The translations under genes were made by a program, and so were the position numbers. Positions 30,776 through 40,070 of a stretch of 43,657 nt of DNA are shown piece by piece. The stretch lies in the sequence record SRR22947727_4407, one strand, 5' to 3'. Numbering within the stretch: position 1 is the stretch's first letter; each line of letters opens with the position of its first letter. Under the pieces are notes generated by a model. The model was not told where the DNA came from and searched no databases. It saw only the letters and a program-made list of their open reading frames with translations.

Positions 30776-30870
30776 GGTGGGTTTGAATTCGGCTGGTTTA
30801 TGGATGGAAAAATAGCATACCGCAGAATCTTGCGCTTTGAGAAATTTGATGCACCATAAATGACAGTCGA

Positions 30871-30944
30871 CGGAATGTGGCGCAGTTTGGTAGCGCATCA
30901 CACTGGGGGTGTGGGGGTCGCAGGTTCAAATCCTGTCATTCCGA
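30871..30944 (+). tRNA. tRNA-Pro(GGG)
   Basis: CGGAATG-TGGCGCAGTTTGGTAGCGCA-TCACA-CTGGGGG-TGTGG-GGGTC-GCAGGTTCAAATCCTGT-CATTCCG-A. Confidence 0.97.
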
Positions 30945-30955
30945 CTGTTGACTAT

Positions 30956-31420
30956 TCAAACCGCACGGACAAACACACTCGGACCGCGTGTGTCGACCAC
31001 TTCGATCGACGTTCCTTTCGCAATCACGCCGGATTCCGACATCACATCGAGTTTTTCGCCGCCGATTTTTGCGTGTCCCGATGGTCTCAAATCTGTAAGC
31101 GCCTCTCCGGTTTGACCAACGAGTGTCTGACGCGCTTTTAATTCGTCGTCGCTACCCACAGCTGCTTCCAATACCAACTTGCGAGTGAAGGGCAGTCGGT
31201 GAAAAAATTTCATCCAGATCCACGTCATTGTCCCCGCAAACGCCAGCATGATCACCAGCGCGACGATTCCCCACATCAATCCAAATTCAGCGAACGAGAG
31301 CACCACCGCAGCAACCATGCAGATCGCGCCTGCAATACCGAGAATTCCGCCCGGCAACACCAATTCGAAGAGAAAGGCCAGGATGCCGATGACGGCGAGA
31401 ACTACAATCGTGGTTACCAT
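30956..31420 (-). CDS. NfeD-like membrane protein (C-terminal OB fold)
   Basis: ELVLPGGILG TMs and LVGQTGEALTDLRPSG; ATG 31420. Confidence 0.9.
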   Translation of the reverse strand: MVTTIVVLAVIGILAFLFELVLPGGILGIAGAICMVAAVVLSFAEFGLMWGIVALVIMLAFAGTMTWIWMKFFHRLPFTRKLVLEAAVGSDDELKARQTLVGQTGEALTDLRPSGHAKIGGEKLDVMSESGVIAKGTSIEVVDTRGPSVFVRAV

Positions 31421-31426
31421 GCTTCT

Positions 31427-31471
31427 ACGAATCAACAGGGTCTGATCGACAAATCAACCCTATTTGATCGT
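31427..31471. repeat. 45-bp element, copy 9 (divergent intergenic region)
   Basis: A CGAATCAA CAGGG TCTGATCG A CAAATCAA CCCTA TTTGATCG T, then GAAA. Confidence 0.93.
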
Positions 31472-31553
31472 GAAAGACCTGAACTTGAAGACGCCAATTC
31501 GACTGCCTTTTTCAACTTCTCGACGTTTGGTTTTCACCCTAAAATCCAAAGAG

Positions 31554-33590
31554 ATGACTGCCAGTTTCCGACTCATTTTTACAATCAACATCTGCCTAGC
31601 TGGATTTTTTTCCGTTCAAGCAGCGCCTCTGAAAATTTCGACGGATCATCCTGGCGGAAACGGAATTGTTCTCGAAAACACCGGAAATGGCGTGGTAAAA
31701 ATGAAGCCCGATCTTCGCGGGGGGCGGGATTGGTTTTACTGGAACTTCGAGGCCACCCCGACGGAGCCTGGCGACGTGGAATTTATTTTTGAAGGCAAAC
31801 TTCGCATCGGCGTTCGCGGTCCTGCCGTCAGTCGCGACGGCGGGAAAACGTGGCAATGGCTTGGCTACGAAGCCGTTCGGTATTTCGATAAAAATGATGA
31901 TCCCAAATCGGCTACGGAGTCTTTCACGTTTCGATTTGAGGCAAAAAACGAGACCGTTCGATTCGCTGTCGCTATTCCCTATCAGAAGAAAAATCTCGAT
32001 GACTTCGTTCGGGCTTTGGAAGGAATACCCGATGTCTTTCATCGTGAATTCACCAAATCCCGCAGCGGCAAGTCGGTTAAACTGATTCAAATAGGAAAAC
32101 CCTTTCCTGAGAAAAAAGCGATCATCGTGACAGCTCGCCATCACGCCTGCGAAAGCATGGCCAGCTATGTTTTGGAGGGATTTCTCGCCGAAGCCGCCTC
32201 CGATTCTCAAAGCAGCCAGGCCTTTCGCGATCAGTATGTAATTTATGCCATTCCGATGATGGACAGCGACGGCGTTCAGGCGGGCGATCAGGGGAAATGG
32301 CGTTTTCCGCACGATCACAATCGCGACTACGGAACGGATGCAATGTATCCCGAAGTGCAGGCCGTAATGGCGCTGGCACAGGAGGTTAAACCCACGCTTG
32401 CGCTCGATTTTCATTGCCCGTCCTTGCGCGGTGAGACGCACGAAGTTTTTTATTTCATCGGCATCGGCCTACCTCACATCGACAGTAACACCAATGAACT
32501 ACGCGGATGGATTGCCGAAGAATGCCCGCAGATTTTTCCGCGTGGACCCCATAATTTTCTACGTTATCCGCCTGAAAAAATCCCCGCAGAATTAAAGGAT
32601 ACAAAGTTCTCCGCATGGTTCAGCTATTTTTCAGGAATCAGGTTTGCGGCGACTTTTGAAATTCCATATTCCCAGCGAAATTTCGATTTTACTCCCGACA
32701 TGGCTCGCGAATACGGTCGCGCCACGTTGCAAGCTTGGGCAAAAACCGAGTTCGTTACCGATGAGAAAACGCCCCGAAAAAATGGGATCCAAGACTTGCT
32801 GGCCTATCGTAAAAAATTTCATGCTGACATCAAATCGAACTCCAAAAAAGCGAGTCTTGAACTCTCGAAATCGATCAGCCGAAAAAAGGTCCAACCGAAT
32901 TCTGAATTGCCAGGCGAGTTGATGATTGTTCAGGAAAATCCGCAAACCATCGCAGAACTGGGCAATTTGAGAGGGCTCATCGACATGCGACAGCGGGATT
33001 TTGAATCGGCGAAAATCTGGTTCGAACGCGAAGCGACAAACACCTCAGCCACTGAATCGCAGCGAATGTTTGCGGCCACTCAGCTTGTCGTTGCTGTTAC
33101 GAAAAATGAAGGTTCTACCGCCAACGACGTTTTGCGAGCGGTCAAAAACTTCGAGCAATTCCCTTACCCATCCACTGCCGGCCAGTTCGAGGCGTTCGGA
33201 GCGGTTGCTGATTGTTTCGAGAAACGCGAAGCACTCCACGATGCCATGAACTTTCTCGAAAAGCAGCTTCCGCATGCCAAGACTTACGAAAAAGGAGCAG
33301 TTCTAAATCGAATCGCTGATTTATCAGCCAAGACCGGTGATTCAGAAAAAGCCCTCAGAACCTGGCGTGAAGCAGTGACCCATCTTCGCACACAACTCGA
33401 TCCCGAAGTACCCGTTGGAATATTTGGAGTGTTGATGGCCCGTGATTTATTCGAAGCGTTAATCGAACTTACTGATACACCCCAAGCCGAACTGGAAGCG
33501 GCCGCCGAAATGATTTTTCAGCACAAAGTCGCCTCGCAAATGATTAAAGATCACGTTCGGGCCGGGTTGGCTGCGAGAGAAAAGAAGTGA
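31554..33590 (+). CDS. Secreted M14-family zinc carboxypeptidase with TPR-like C-terminus
   Basis: ARHHACE (HxxE), DHNRDY and LDFH; signal peptide from ATG 31554; helical C-terminal repeats. Confidence 0.85.
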   Translation: MTASFRLIFTINICLAGFFSVQAAPLKISTDHPGGNGIVLENTGNGVVKMKPDLRGGRDWFYWNFEATPTEPGDVEFIFEGKLRIGVRGPAVSRDGGKTWQWLGYEAVRYFDKNDDPKSATESFTFRFEAKNETVRFAVAIPYQKKNLDDFVRALEGIPDVFHREFTKSRSGKSVKLIQIGKPFPEKKAIIVTARHHACESMASYVLEGFLAEAASDSQSSQAFRDQYVIYAIPMMDSDGVQAGDQGKWRFPHDHNRDYGTDAMYPEVQAVMALAQEVKPTLALDFHCPSLRGETHEVFYFIGIGLPHIDSNTNELRGWIAEECPQIFPRGPHNFLRYPPEKIPAELKDTKFSAWFSYFSGIRFAATFEIPYSQRNFDFTPDMAREYGRATLQAWAKTEFVTDEKTPRKNGIQDLLAYRKKFHADIKSNSKKASLELSKSISRKKVQPNSELPGELMIVQENPQTIAELGNLRGLIDMRQRDFESAKIWFEREATNTSATESQRMFAATQLVVAVTKNEGSTANDVLRAVKNFEQFPYPSTAGQFEAFGAVADCFEKREALHDAMNFLEKQLPHAKTYEKGAVLNRIADLSAKTGDSEKALRTWREAVTHLRTQLDPEVPVGIFGVLMARDLFEALIELTDTPQAELEAAAEMIFQHKVASQMIKDHVRAGLAAREKK

Positions 33591-33593
33591 TTG

Positions 33594-35147
33594 CTATAGC
33601 GCATCCGCACAGCGCAAACCATCGAGCGCGGCACTGACAATTCCACCGGCAAAACCGGCGCCTTCACCACACGGATACAACCCTTCGACATCCGGGTGCT
33701 GTAGCGTTTCGTCATCGCGCGGAATCCGCACAGGTGAGCTGGTTCGCGTTTCGAAACCGATCAAATTCGCTACGGGACTGGTGAAACCACGCATGGGTTT
33801 GTTGAAGCGAATGAGCGCTTCCTGCATCCGATTTACAATCCATTTTGGTAAAATTTGATCGAGTCGCGCCGGATTGATTCCCGGCGTATAACTCGTCGGA
33901 TTCAAATTCTCCACGGTTGAATCACGGTTTTTTATGAAGTCGACAACGCGTTGAGCGGGAGCAACCTGGCCGCCACCACCTGCGATTTTCGCTGCTTGCT
34001 CGAGCTTTTTCTGAAAGCCAATTCCGTCGCCGTCTTTGATATCTTTGGGCTCGACCGTTACGACAAATCCGCTGTTTGCGAATGGCGAATCGCGTTTGGC
34101 GAGACTCATTCCGTTCACGACGACTTCGTCGTTTTTAGTCGCTGCCGGAACAATGAATCCTCCCGGGCACATGCAAAATGAATGCACGCCCCGACCCCGA
34201 ATTTTCGTCGCCAGCGTGTAACTCGCCGCCGGCAGGAGCTCGGAGCGCTTGCCGGTTTCGCTAAGATTATATTGAATCCGGTCGATCAACGGCTGCGGGT
34301 GCTCGATCCGAACGCCCACGGCAAAGGCCTTTGCCTCGGTGCGAATGTTCTTCTCTGCCAAAATTCGATAAATATCTCGCGCCGAATGACCCGTCGCCAA
34401 AATAACAGCATCGCCCGTGAACTCGCCGCCATCAGCCGTGATGACTCCTCTCGCCTTTCCGTCATCGACGATGAAATCCGCGACCTTCGTTTCAAAATGA
34501 ACCTCGCCGCCCGCCGTTCGAATGCTCTCCCGCATCGCTTTCACGACGTTCGGCAAGAGGTTCGAGCCAATGTGCGGATGTGCGTCGATCAAAATCCGTT
34601 CGGGCGCTCCGTGAGCTACCAGCGTTTCATAAACCGTGCGAACCGGACCGCGTTTCGTCGCGCGCGTATACAGTTTGCCATCCGAAAATGTGCCTGCACC
34701 GCCTTCTCCGAAACAATAATTCGACTCTTCGATAACGGTTCCCTCTTTCAAAATAGGGCGCAGATCAAAACGACGCGCGGAGGCATCTTTTCCCCGCTCC
34801 AAAACAATCGGGCACCAGCCTCGCTCGATCGCCCGCAGCGCAGCAAACATTCCCGCAGGTCCGCAACCGACGATGACGACGCGTTTTGCGCCAGCTTTCA
34901 CCTCTGGGTAATCCGGACGAAATTCAGGCTCTACTTCCAACTCCATGCCGATCCCTACCTCGAATCGCAAATTCACTTTGACGTCCTTTTTTCGCGCATC
35001 GATCGAGTGCTTTCGCAACCGCATTTCGTAAATCGCCTTCGGCGGAACGTTCAGCCTCCGCGAAACGGCACGAAGCTGCGCCTCTTTATCCTCAGATTTC
35101 TCCAAAGGTAAAATGACATCACAGGTTTGAGTTCGGGCTTCGCGCAT
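33594..35147 (-). CDS. FAD-dependent oxidoreductase (COG2509-like)
   Basis: VGCGPAGMFAA, FGEGGAGTFSDGKL, SFCMCPGG, GEGAGFAGGIVSAALDG. The start is set at ATG 35147 because the longer ORF overlaps the divergent gene. Confidence 0.93.
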   Translation of the reverse strand: MREARTQTCDVILPLEKSEDKEAQLRAVSRRLNVPPKAIYEMRLRKHSIDARKKDVKVNLRFEVGIGMELEVEPEFRPDYPEVKAGAKRVVIVGCGPAGMFAALRAIERGWCPIVLERGKDASARRFDLRPILKEGTVIEESNYCFGEGGAGTFSDGKLYTRATKRGPVRTVYETLVAHGAPERILIDAHPHIGSNLLPNVVKAMRESIRTAGGEVHFETKVADFIVDDGKARGVITADGGEFTGDAVILATGHSARDIYRILAEKNIRTEAKAFAVGVRIEHPQPLIDRIQYNLSETGKRSELLPAASYTLATKIRGRGVHSFCMCPGGFIVPAATKNDEVVVNGMSLAKRDSPFANSGFVVTVEPKDIKDGDGIGFQKKLEQAAKIAGGGGQVAPAQRVVDFIKNRDSTVENLNPTSYTPGINPARLDQILPKWIVNRMQEALIRFNKPMRGFTSPVANLIGFETRTSSPVRIPRDDETLQHPDVEGLYPCGEGAGFAGGIVSAALDGLRCADAL

Positions 35148-35262
35148 AGGTAGGGAGCGTCGCACCAAGCGGGGACGATTCAAGGCAAGACCCTTCCTTC
35201 GCATTACAAATTGCGCCTCGTCGTAGAATTGCCCCACTCCAAATTTCTGACATCGTATCAAC

Positions 35263-35817
35263 ATGGCCACCGACGACGACACCCCTTCCGTAACCGAATC
35301 CCTAAAACGCGAGATCGATTCTCTGATTCTGCAGCTGAATTTGGGAAAAGCTGATGCGGTCGATTTTGTAGAAAAACACAAAGGCGATTTCAGCTCCCTG
35401 GTTGGGAAAGCCCGGGAAAAAGTCGAGTCTGGCTCGCTCCGGCAAAAGCTCGATACCTTAAAACTGCAGCTGGCCCTTGGGAAAATGGAATCGAAAGAAG
35501 CCCTCGAAGAACAGCGCGAGAAGATCAAAGCTGCGCTCGACGATGCCAAAAAGGAGTGGGATCCGGTTCAAGACGAACTTAAAATCGCCTTCGAAGAAAC
35601 CGGCGAGTCCCTCAAAACGAAGTTCGACGCCCTCGCGCTCGATTTAGGCATTCGTAAAATCGTCGCCGAAGAAGATTTAAAAATCAGGAAAGACCAAATC
35701 AAACACGAATTGGAGTCCGCTAAAGCAAAGCTCGAGCCCGCGCTTCACGAAGCCGCTGATGAGGCTAAGGAGGCCTTCCATCACGTGCGCGATAATTTGC
35801 GCTCGTTGTTTGATTGA
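35263..35817 (+). CDS. Coiled-coil hypothetical protein
   Basis: E/K/L-rich amphipathic helices with a repeated LxLQLxLGK motif. Confidence 0.8.
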   Translation: MATDDDTPSVTESLKREIDSLILQLNLGKADAVDFVEKHKGDFSSLVGKAREKVESGSLRQKLDTLKLQLALGKMESKEALEEQREKIKAALDDAKKEWDPVQDELKIAFEETGESLKTKFDALALDLGIRKIVAEEDLKIRKDQIKHELESAKAKLEPALHEAADEAKEAFHHVRDNLRSLFD

Positions 35818-35834
35818 TCGAATCGAATTCGGCG

Positions 35835-38800
35835 CTATTTCCCCAGATTTGCTTCTGGAGTCACTCGCAATTCTTCGGCGATCATCTTTGAGAAAGGCGC
35901 AAGATGGATCAAGATTGAATATCGTTGGTCTGGTGTTAACCACTGGCTTTGTTTCGAATATTGCTGCTCCACGGCTTCAACTCGTTGCTCCCGATTTGGT
36001 GTAGTAGGGGATAAATCCGGCGCATCGGGCAAGCCTGCAAAAATAGCCTCTACCACCAATTCGCGCAATGTGTTGGTTTCGTAGCACTCAGTCAATTGCT
36101 CGTGAAATGTCGCCGTGTATTCTTCCGTGAGTCCTCGAGTGAGTTGCCACGGCTTTCGGTAAAGGATGGGTTTAGCGATCTTGAAATCTCCCGCTTCGAT
36201 CAAATCGCGACACTCTTTAATTTCCATGATCCCTTCATGCAAATTTTTCGAATGTTTGAACATGGCCCCAAACTTCGATTGGCTATCGGATAATTTTGCT
36301 ATCTAAAACAGGTCAACAAAGTGCTGACGATTGTGGGCCACTCGCCCAACTCGGAGCCGGGCCGGACCATGCGCAGTCTAAAATAACGCCGTATTCCCGA
36401 TATATGATTGAATGAACTCATTTGCGATCGGTTTGAAAGAGTCTGGATTTCCTTCAACTTTCTCCCGAACCAAACTCTCCAGTTCTATTGTCACCTCCGG
36501 GCGGAAATTCGCCTCATGCTCGTGATCAATCTCAAGCTGGATTGTCGCCGAAACCAACCACTCAATGAATTCATCAGGCAGCGAAATTCGGTCACGTTGC
36601 TGAAGGAGAGTCGCAATCGCAGTCATCTTGTAAGCCGGAAACAGCTCTGGGCTTTCGATCAGTTTTTGATAGAACCCTGCAATTTTTTCAGGAATCTCAC
36701 GGTCCGCTCCGGAGATGAAAATCGTTGTCGCAATTCCGATTTCTTCAGCAACTGACGGATTTAATTTAGCCCGCCCAGAACTACGAATCCACTTATTAAC
36801 CTCAGTTATAGTCGCGGTATCACAGTGCGAAAAGACTTCGTTCAACAAAACAATCGCCGCTCCAAATTCGAAGGCTTCTTCATTTATATTAAATAGGAAT
36901 TCCTTCAAGTGATCGATGTGAATTTCCGCGAGCGAATCCACTGCGAGCAGTTTTTTGAGCAGCCGATCATTGATGTTCGGGTATCCCCGAGGAACCTCTT
37001 TCTCTCGCCAACTTGAGCAGGCAAGAATCAAACCAAGCGCGGAATCCGGCGGAAGATCACTCAGCAAGGAACCAACCAGCAAATCATCAAACGGAAAGTC
37101 CTGAGTATCTGATACTCTCCACTGTGAATAAGAATTGGACTCAACTGAATTTTCGACGTCCTCGGGGCGTAGTAGAATTTGATGCAAAACCTCTGCCAAT
37201 GGGATGTCCAACTTCCTTACCGCGGTTGAGTTTACCGCTTTTGAGTTTTGATATTTAGCGAACGAAATACCACCAAGCTCCCGCTCTAGCCATTCAACCA
37301 ATCGATAATCCAAGAATTCGATTTCGAAATCACGATTAAAACGAGGCATGACATCTGTGAGGAAAAATGCCAAATCGAACCGCTCCTTGCATGACCATGT
37401 TTTGATCTCAGGTCATTCATTTAAAATGAGCGCCTCCAATTCAATCTCAGGAGATTCAAAAAATGCTGCTCCTGAAATTTTTGGCCCTAACAAATGAGGC
37501 TTCTCAGCCTTCATTTTTGCAACCCACTGCTCAAACTCACGGCGGTGCAGGCCAGAGGCGCGATGAGCCGCCCCATAAATCCAACTCGCCACAGTCCGCC
37601 CCATGGGTCCACACCAGCGTGGACAATATCGACCACAATAAATTCCACGATTAAAAACCGGATCAAATTTCGAGTATGAAAAAGTAGAGCCATCCAAAAA
37701 ATCTTCGATGCAGTCGACGTATTCCAATTCTTCCGGTGATGTCACAGATTCGCCGATCGCCTCAAAAGTCGAGCTTTCATAAGGCAGGTAATCGAACTCT
37801 TTCACTGCCTGATGATTCAGTAAAATGCTTTTTGAGAACTCCGCAGGGTCATGATGAAAACCTGTTTCAGGGATTCTACGAATATCCGGATACTGGTCGT
37901 GCTCATCAAAAAGCCACACGAAATAGGGCTGCTTGGCTCGCTCCACTCCAAAGGCAGCCTCAGAAGTTCGAACCAACAACGATTCAATTCGATCACGCTG
38001 GTCCGTTCTTACATAAGCCGCCGCCAAAGCCGAAAGCGCTCGGTAACAGACTTCTTTCTCGGACTTCCCCTCTGCTCCCGCAAATCGTTGAAGCAGCGCG
38101 TCTTCCAGTTCTACTGGGCAGCCCCGATGTTCCCACGTCTCGATTTTTTCAGCCATGCTCCGTTCGACTTTAGAAAATTCTCCAGAAAATCAGCCTCATC
38201 ACAAAAATAGAGTTCACCGAGCATTTTTAATTTTTGGGAAGCTCGGTCCGGCTCTCTTTTGGCCAAAACCAAATCATCGATCCATTCTCGTCGATATTCC
38301 TCGTAAGCACGTCTCGCTAAATACTCCAGCGGCCCGGACCAATCATCACGGTATGTCCCCCATTGCCTGTAAGAATCGTATTCACGCTCATTCAGCAGCT
38401 CAACCTCCTGCACGGTCGATGCAATTTCGATAGAGAGCCGATCGAGTTCCCGCCGCGAAAAGAAACCACGCTCCTCTGCTTCTCGAAGCCGGTGAAATGC
38501 ATCAACCGAAAACTCCGGATCGCGCGCCAGTTTTCGAGCCGCATTGATATATAGCGCCTTTCGCCACGGTTCGATGCGATGATAGGTCACCCACTCGACT
38601 GGATTATCAAATCGCGGCTTCCAGGAATTCGTGAGAGAACCAAATTCCATCCCCCGGGTGCTGCCCGGCGCCCCGGCAATTCGATCCAGAAACTGAATCT
38701 TCCGATTCTCAGGAAAAATCCACTCATCAACCGGCTTTCTGATTATCTTTTCAGCTGCCGCAAAAAATTGATCCGCACTCTTTTCTTGGTAGTGCCGCGT

Positions 38801-38938
38801 AAGATCAAGCCTCACCACTTCATATTCTGTACCCGAAGGATGAAAACAGAGCCAAATTCGCGCCCAGTTATAAAAGACCGCAGACATCATCAAAACAGCG
38901 GCACTCCAAGAGATAAAATGGCGTTTCCGACGGCTCAT
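35835..38938 (-). pseudogene. Large decayed hypothetical gene
   Basis: ORFs 37413-38156, 36378-37373 and 35835-36263 share one frame, separated by TGA 37413, TAG 36378 and TAG 36303. ORF 38111-38938 (N-terminal TM) is joined by a probable frameshift or is a separate overlapping gene. Confidence 0.7.
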
Positions 38939-39025
38939 TGGAATTAGGACGAATCAATACCGTGGAAATTAGATGGTTGTTTAATGGGAATCACTCAGGA
39001 TAGAATTACACCACGATCACTGTTC

Positions 39026-39070
39026 ACGAACCAACCCTGTCCATTCATCGAACGCACCCTGTTCGTTCGT
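39026..39070. repeat. 45-bp element, copy 10 (divergent intergenic region; cores direct)
   Basis: A CGAACCAA CCCTG TCCATTCA T CGAACGCA CCCTG TTCGTTCG T, then GAAAA. Confidence 0.92.
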
Positions 39071-39283
39071 GAAAACGAGATCGCGACGGTTCGACGTGAG
39101 TTTTCTAGGAAAAATAATTTTCGGGCTCTGGAGCACCTCAAATTCGGAGCTCTTTCCTACCGAACGGGTTTAAGCGCAACCCCAGACTCAGTTCCAGAGC
39201 TACCGCTATCAGAATAATCAACGCTGTGAGCATGGGGAAAGCGCGCTCGTTTAGAAAAAATTTAATTAAAGTGATTATATAGC

Positions 39284-39319
39284 TTGACGAATGCCATTAA
39301 ATCCCGATAAAAATGGCAT
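39284..39319 (+). promoter_or_regulatory. Sigma70-like promoter overlapped by a perfect 8-bp inverted repeat
   Basis: -35 TTGACG at 39284, weak -10 near 39308, and ATGCCATT-N13-AATGGCAT at 39291-39319; AT-rich upstream tract. Confidence 0.55.
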
Positions 39320-39349
39320 ACTTATTCGCTAAAACGGTGAATTCATTGA

Positions 39350-39577
39350 ATGGCCAGACCAAAAAATACGCTCAAGACTGTGCAAGTCACGATCTCGACG
39401 ACCGAACAGGTGAAGGATGTCCTTGAGGCACTCACTAATTCGGGGATGTACGGCAAGAATGCCGCGGACACGGCCCAGCGTCTGATGCTGGAACGAATCC
39501 GCGACCTTCAGCAAACTGGTATGGCCCCCCGGCCTACGTTCAATGGCTCCACCGTTGTATCGAATGATGATAACTGA
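39350..39577 (+). CDS. Small ribbon-helix-helix-like DNA-binding protein
   Basis: MARPK, beta strand TVQVTIST, helix EQVKDVLEAL, turn SGMYGKN, helix AADTAQRLMLERIRDL. Confidence 0.65.
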   Translation: MARPKNTLKTVQVTISTTEQVKDVLEALTNSGMYGKNAADTAQRLMLERIRDLQQTGMAPRPTFNGSTVVSNDDN

Positions 39578-39619
39578 CCTTATTCATTCATTCCTATAAC
39601 CTCCTGACCCCACACTGCT

Positions 39620-39850
39620 ATGTTCCCAGACGACTCAAATCCCGCTCAAACGGCTGAAAACCTCCGCGTTCTCGACGCTGGAGCAGACGATGCGAAGTAC
39701 GCATTCGAAAATGACGCTGAATTCCGCAACACATTCGAAGAAGAACTCCGGACGCTTGCTGAGGAAATCGTGCAAAGCCACCCCAGTTTGACTCAGCTTT
39801 TGCTGTCGATGAGCCAGCCGGAAATGAACCCGGTTCACGGCAAGAACTAA
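39620..39850 (+). CDS. Small acidic hypothetical protein
   Basis: 76 aa, D/E-rich, 42 bp downstream of the RHH-like gene. Confidence 0.6.
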   Translation: MFPDDSNPAQTAENLRVLDAGADDAKYAFENDAEFRNTFEEELRTLAEEIVQSHPSLTQLLLSMSQPEMNPVHGKN

Positions 39851-40070
39851 CCCACTCTCACCACCCTAAAAGGTGGTGCAGAATTCTGGACTCGATTCAG
39901 CAATTTCCTGCAAAGGTTGCAGGCTCCTCTTCTCAATCAACACGGCTTATTACAAGCCAAGCTGGGGGAGGAATCGGATTCGGGGTAAATGGACTCTACA
40001 AACTTCCATTTGGGCGCGAAAGTGTGCAGAAATCCATTGAATTTACGATATTTCCAGTAAATCATAATAA

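Noticed and set aside
25501-30944. Genomic island integrated at tRNA-Leu or tRNA-Pro
   Set aside because: No integrase and no duplicated tRNA 3' end were seen, and the flanking genes are ordinary chromosomal genes.
31596-35111. Long antisense ORFs (31596-32441, 34182-35111) and similar shadow ORFs
   Set aside because: They lie opposite well-supported genes and show no recognisable motifs.
35160-35204. Possible 13th degenerate element (GCGGG...CCCTT at 22-bp spacing) in the 7.6-kb gap
   Set aside because: The core spacing fits, but three of the four arms match poorly; it needs a PWM score.
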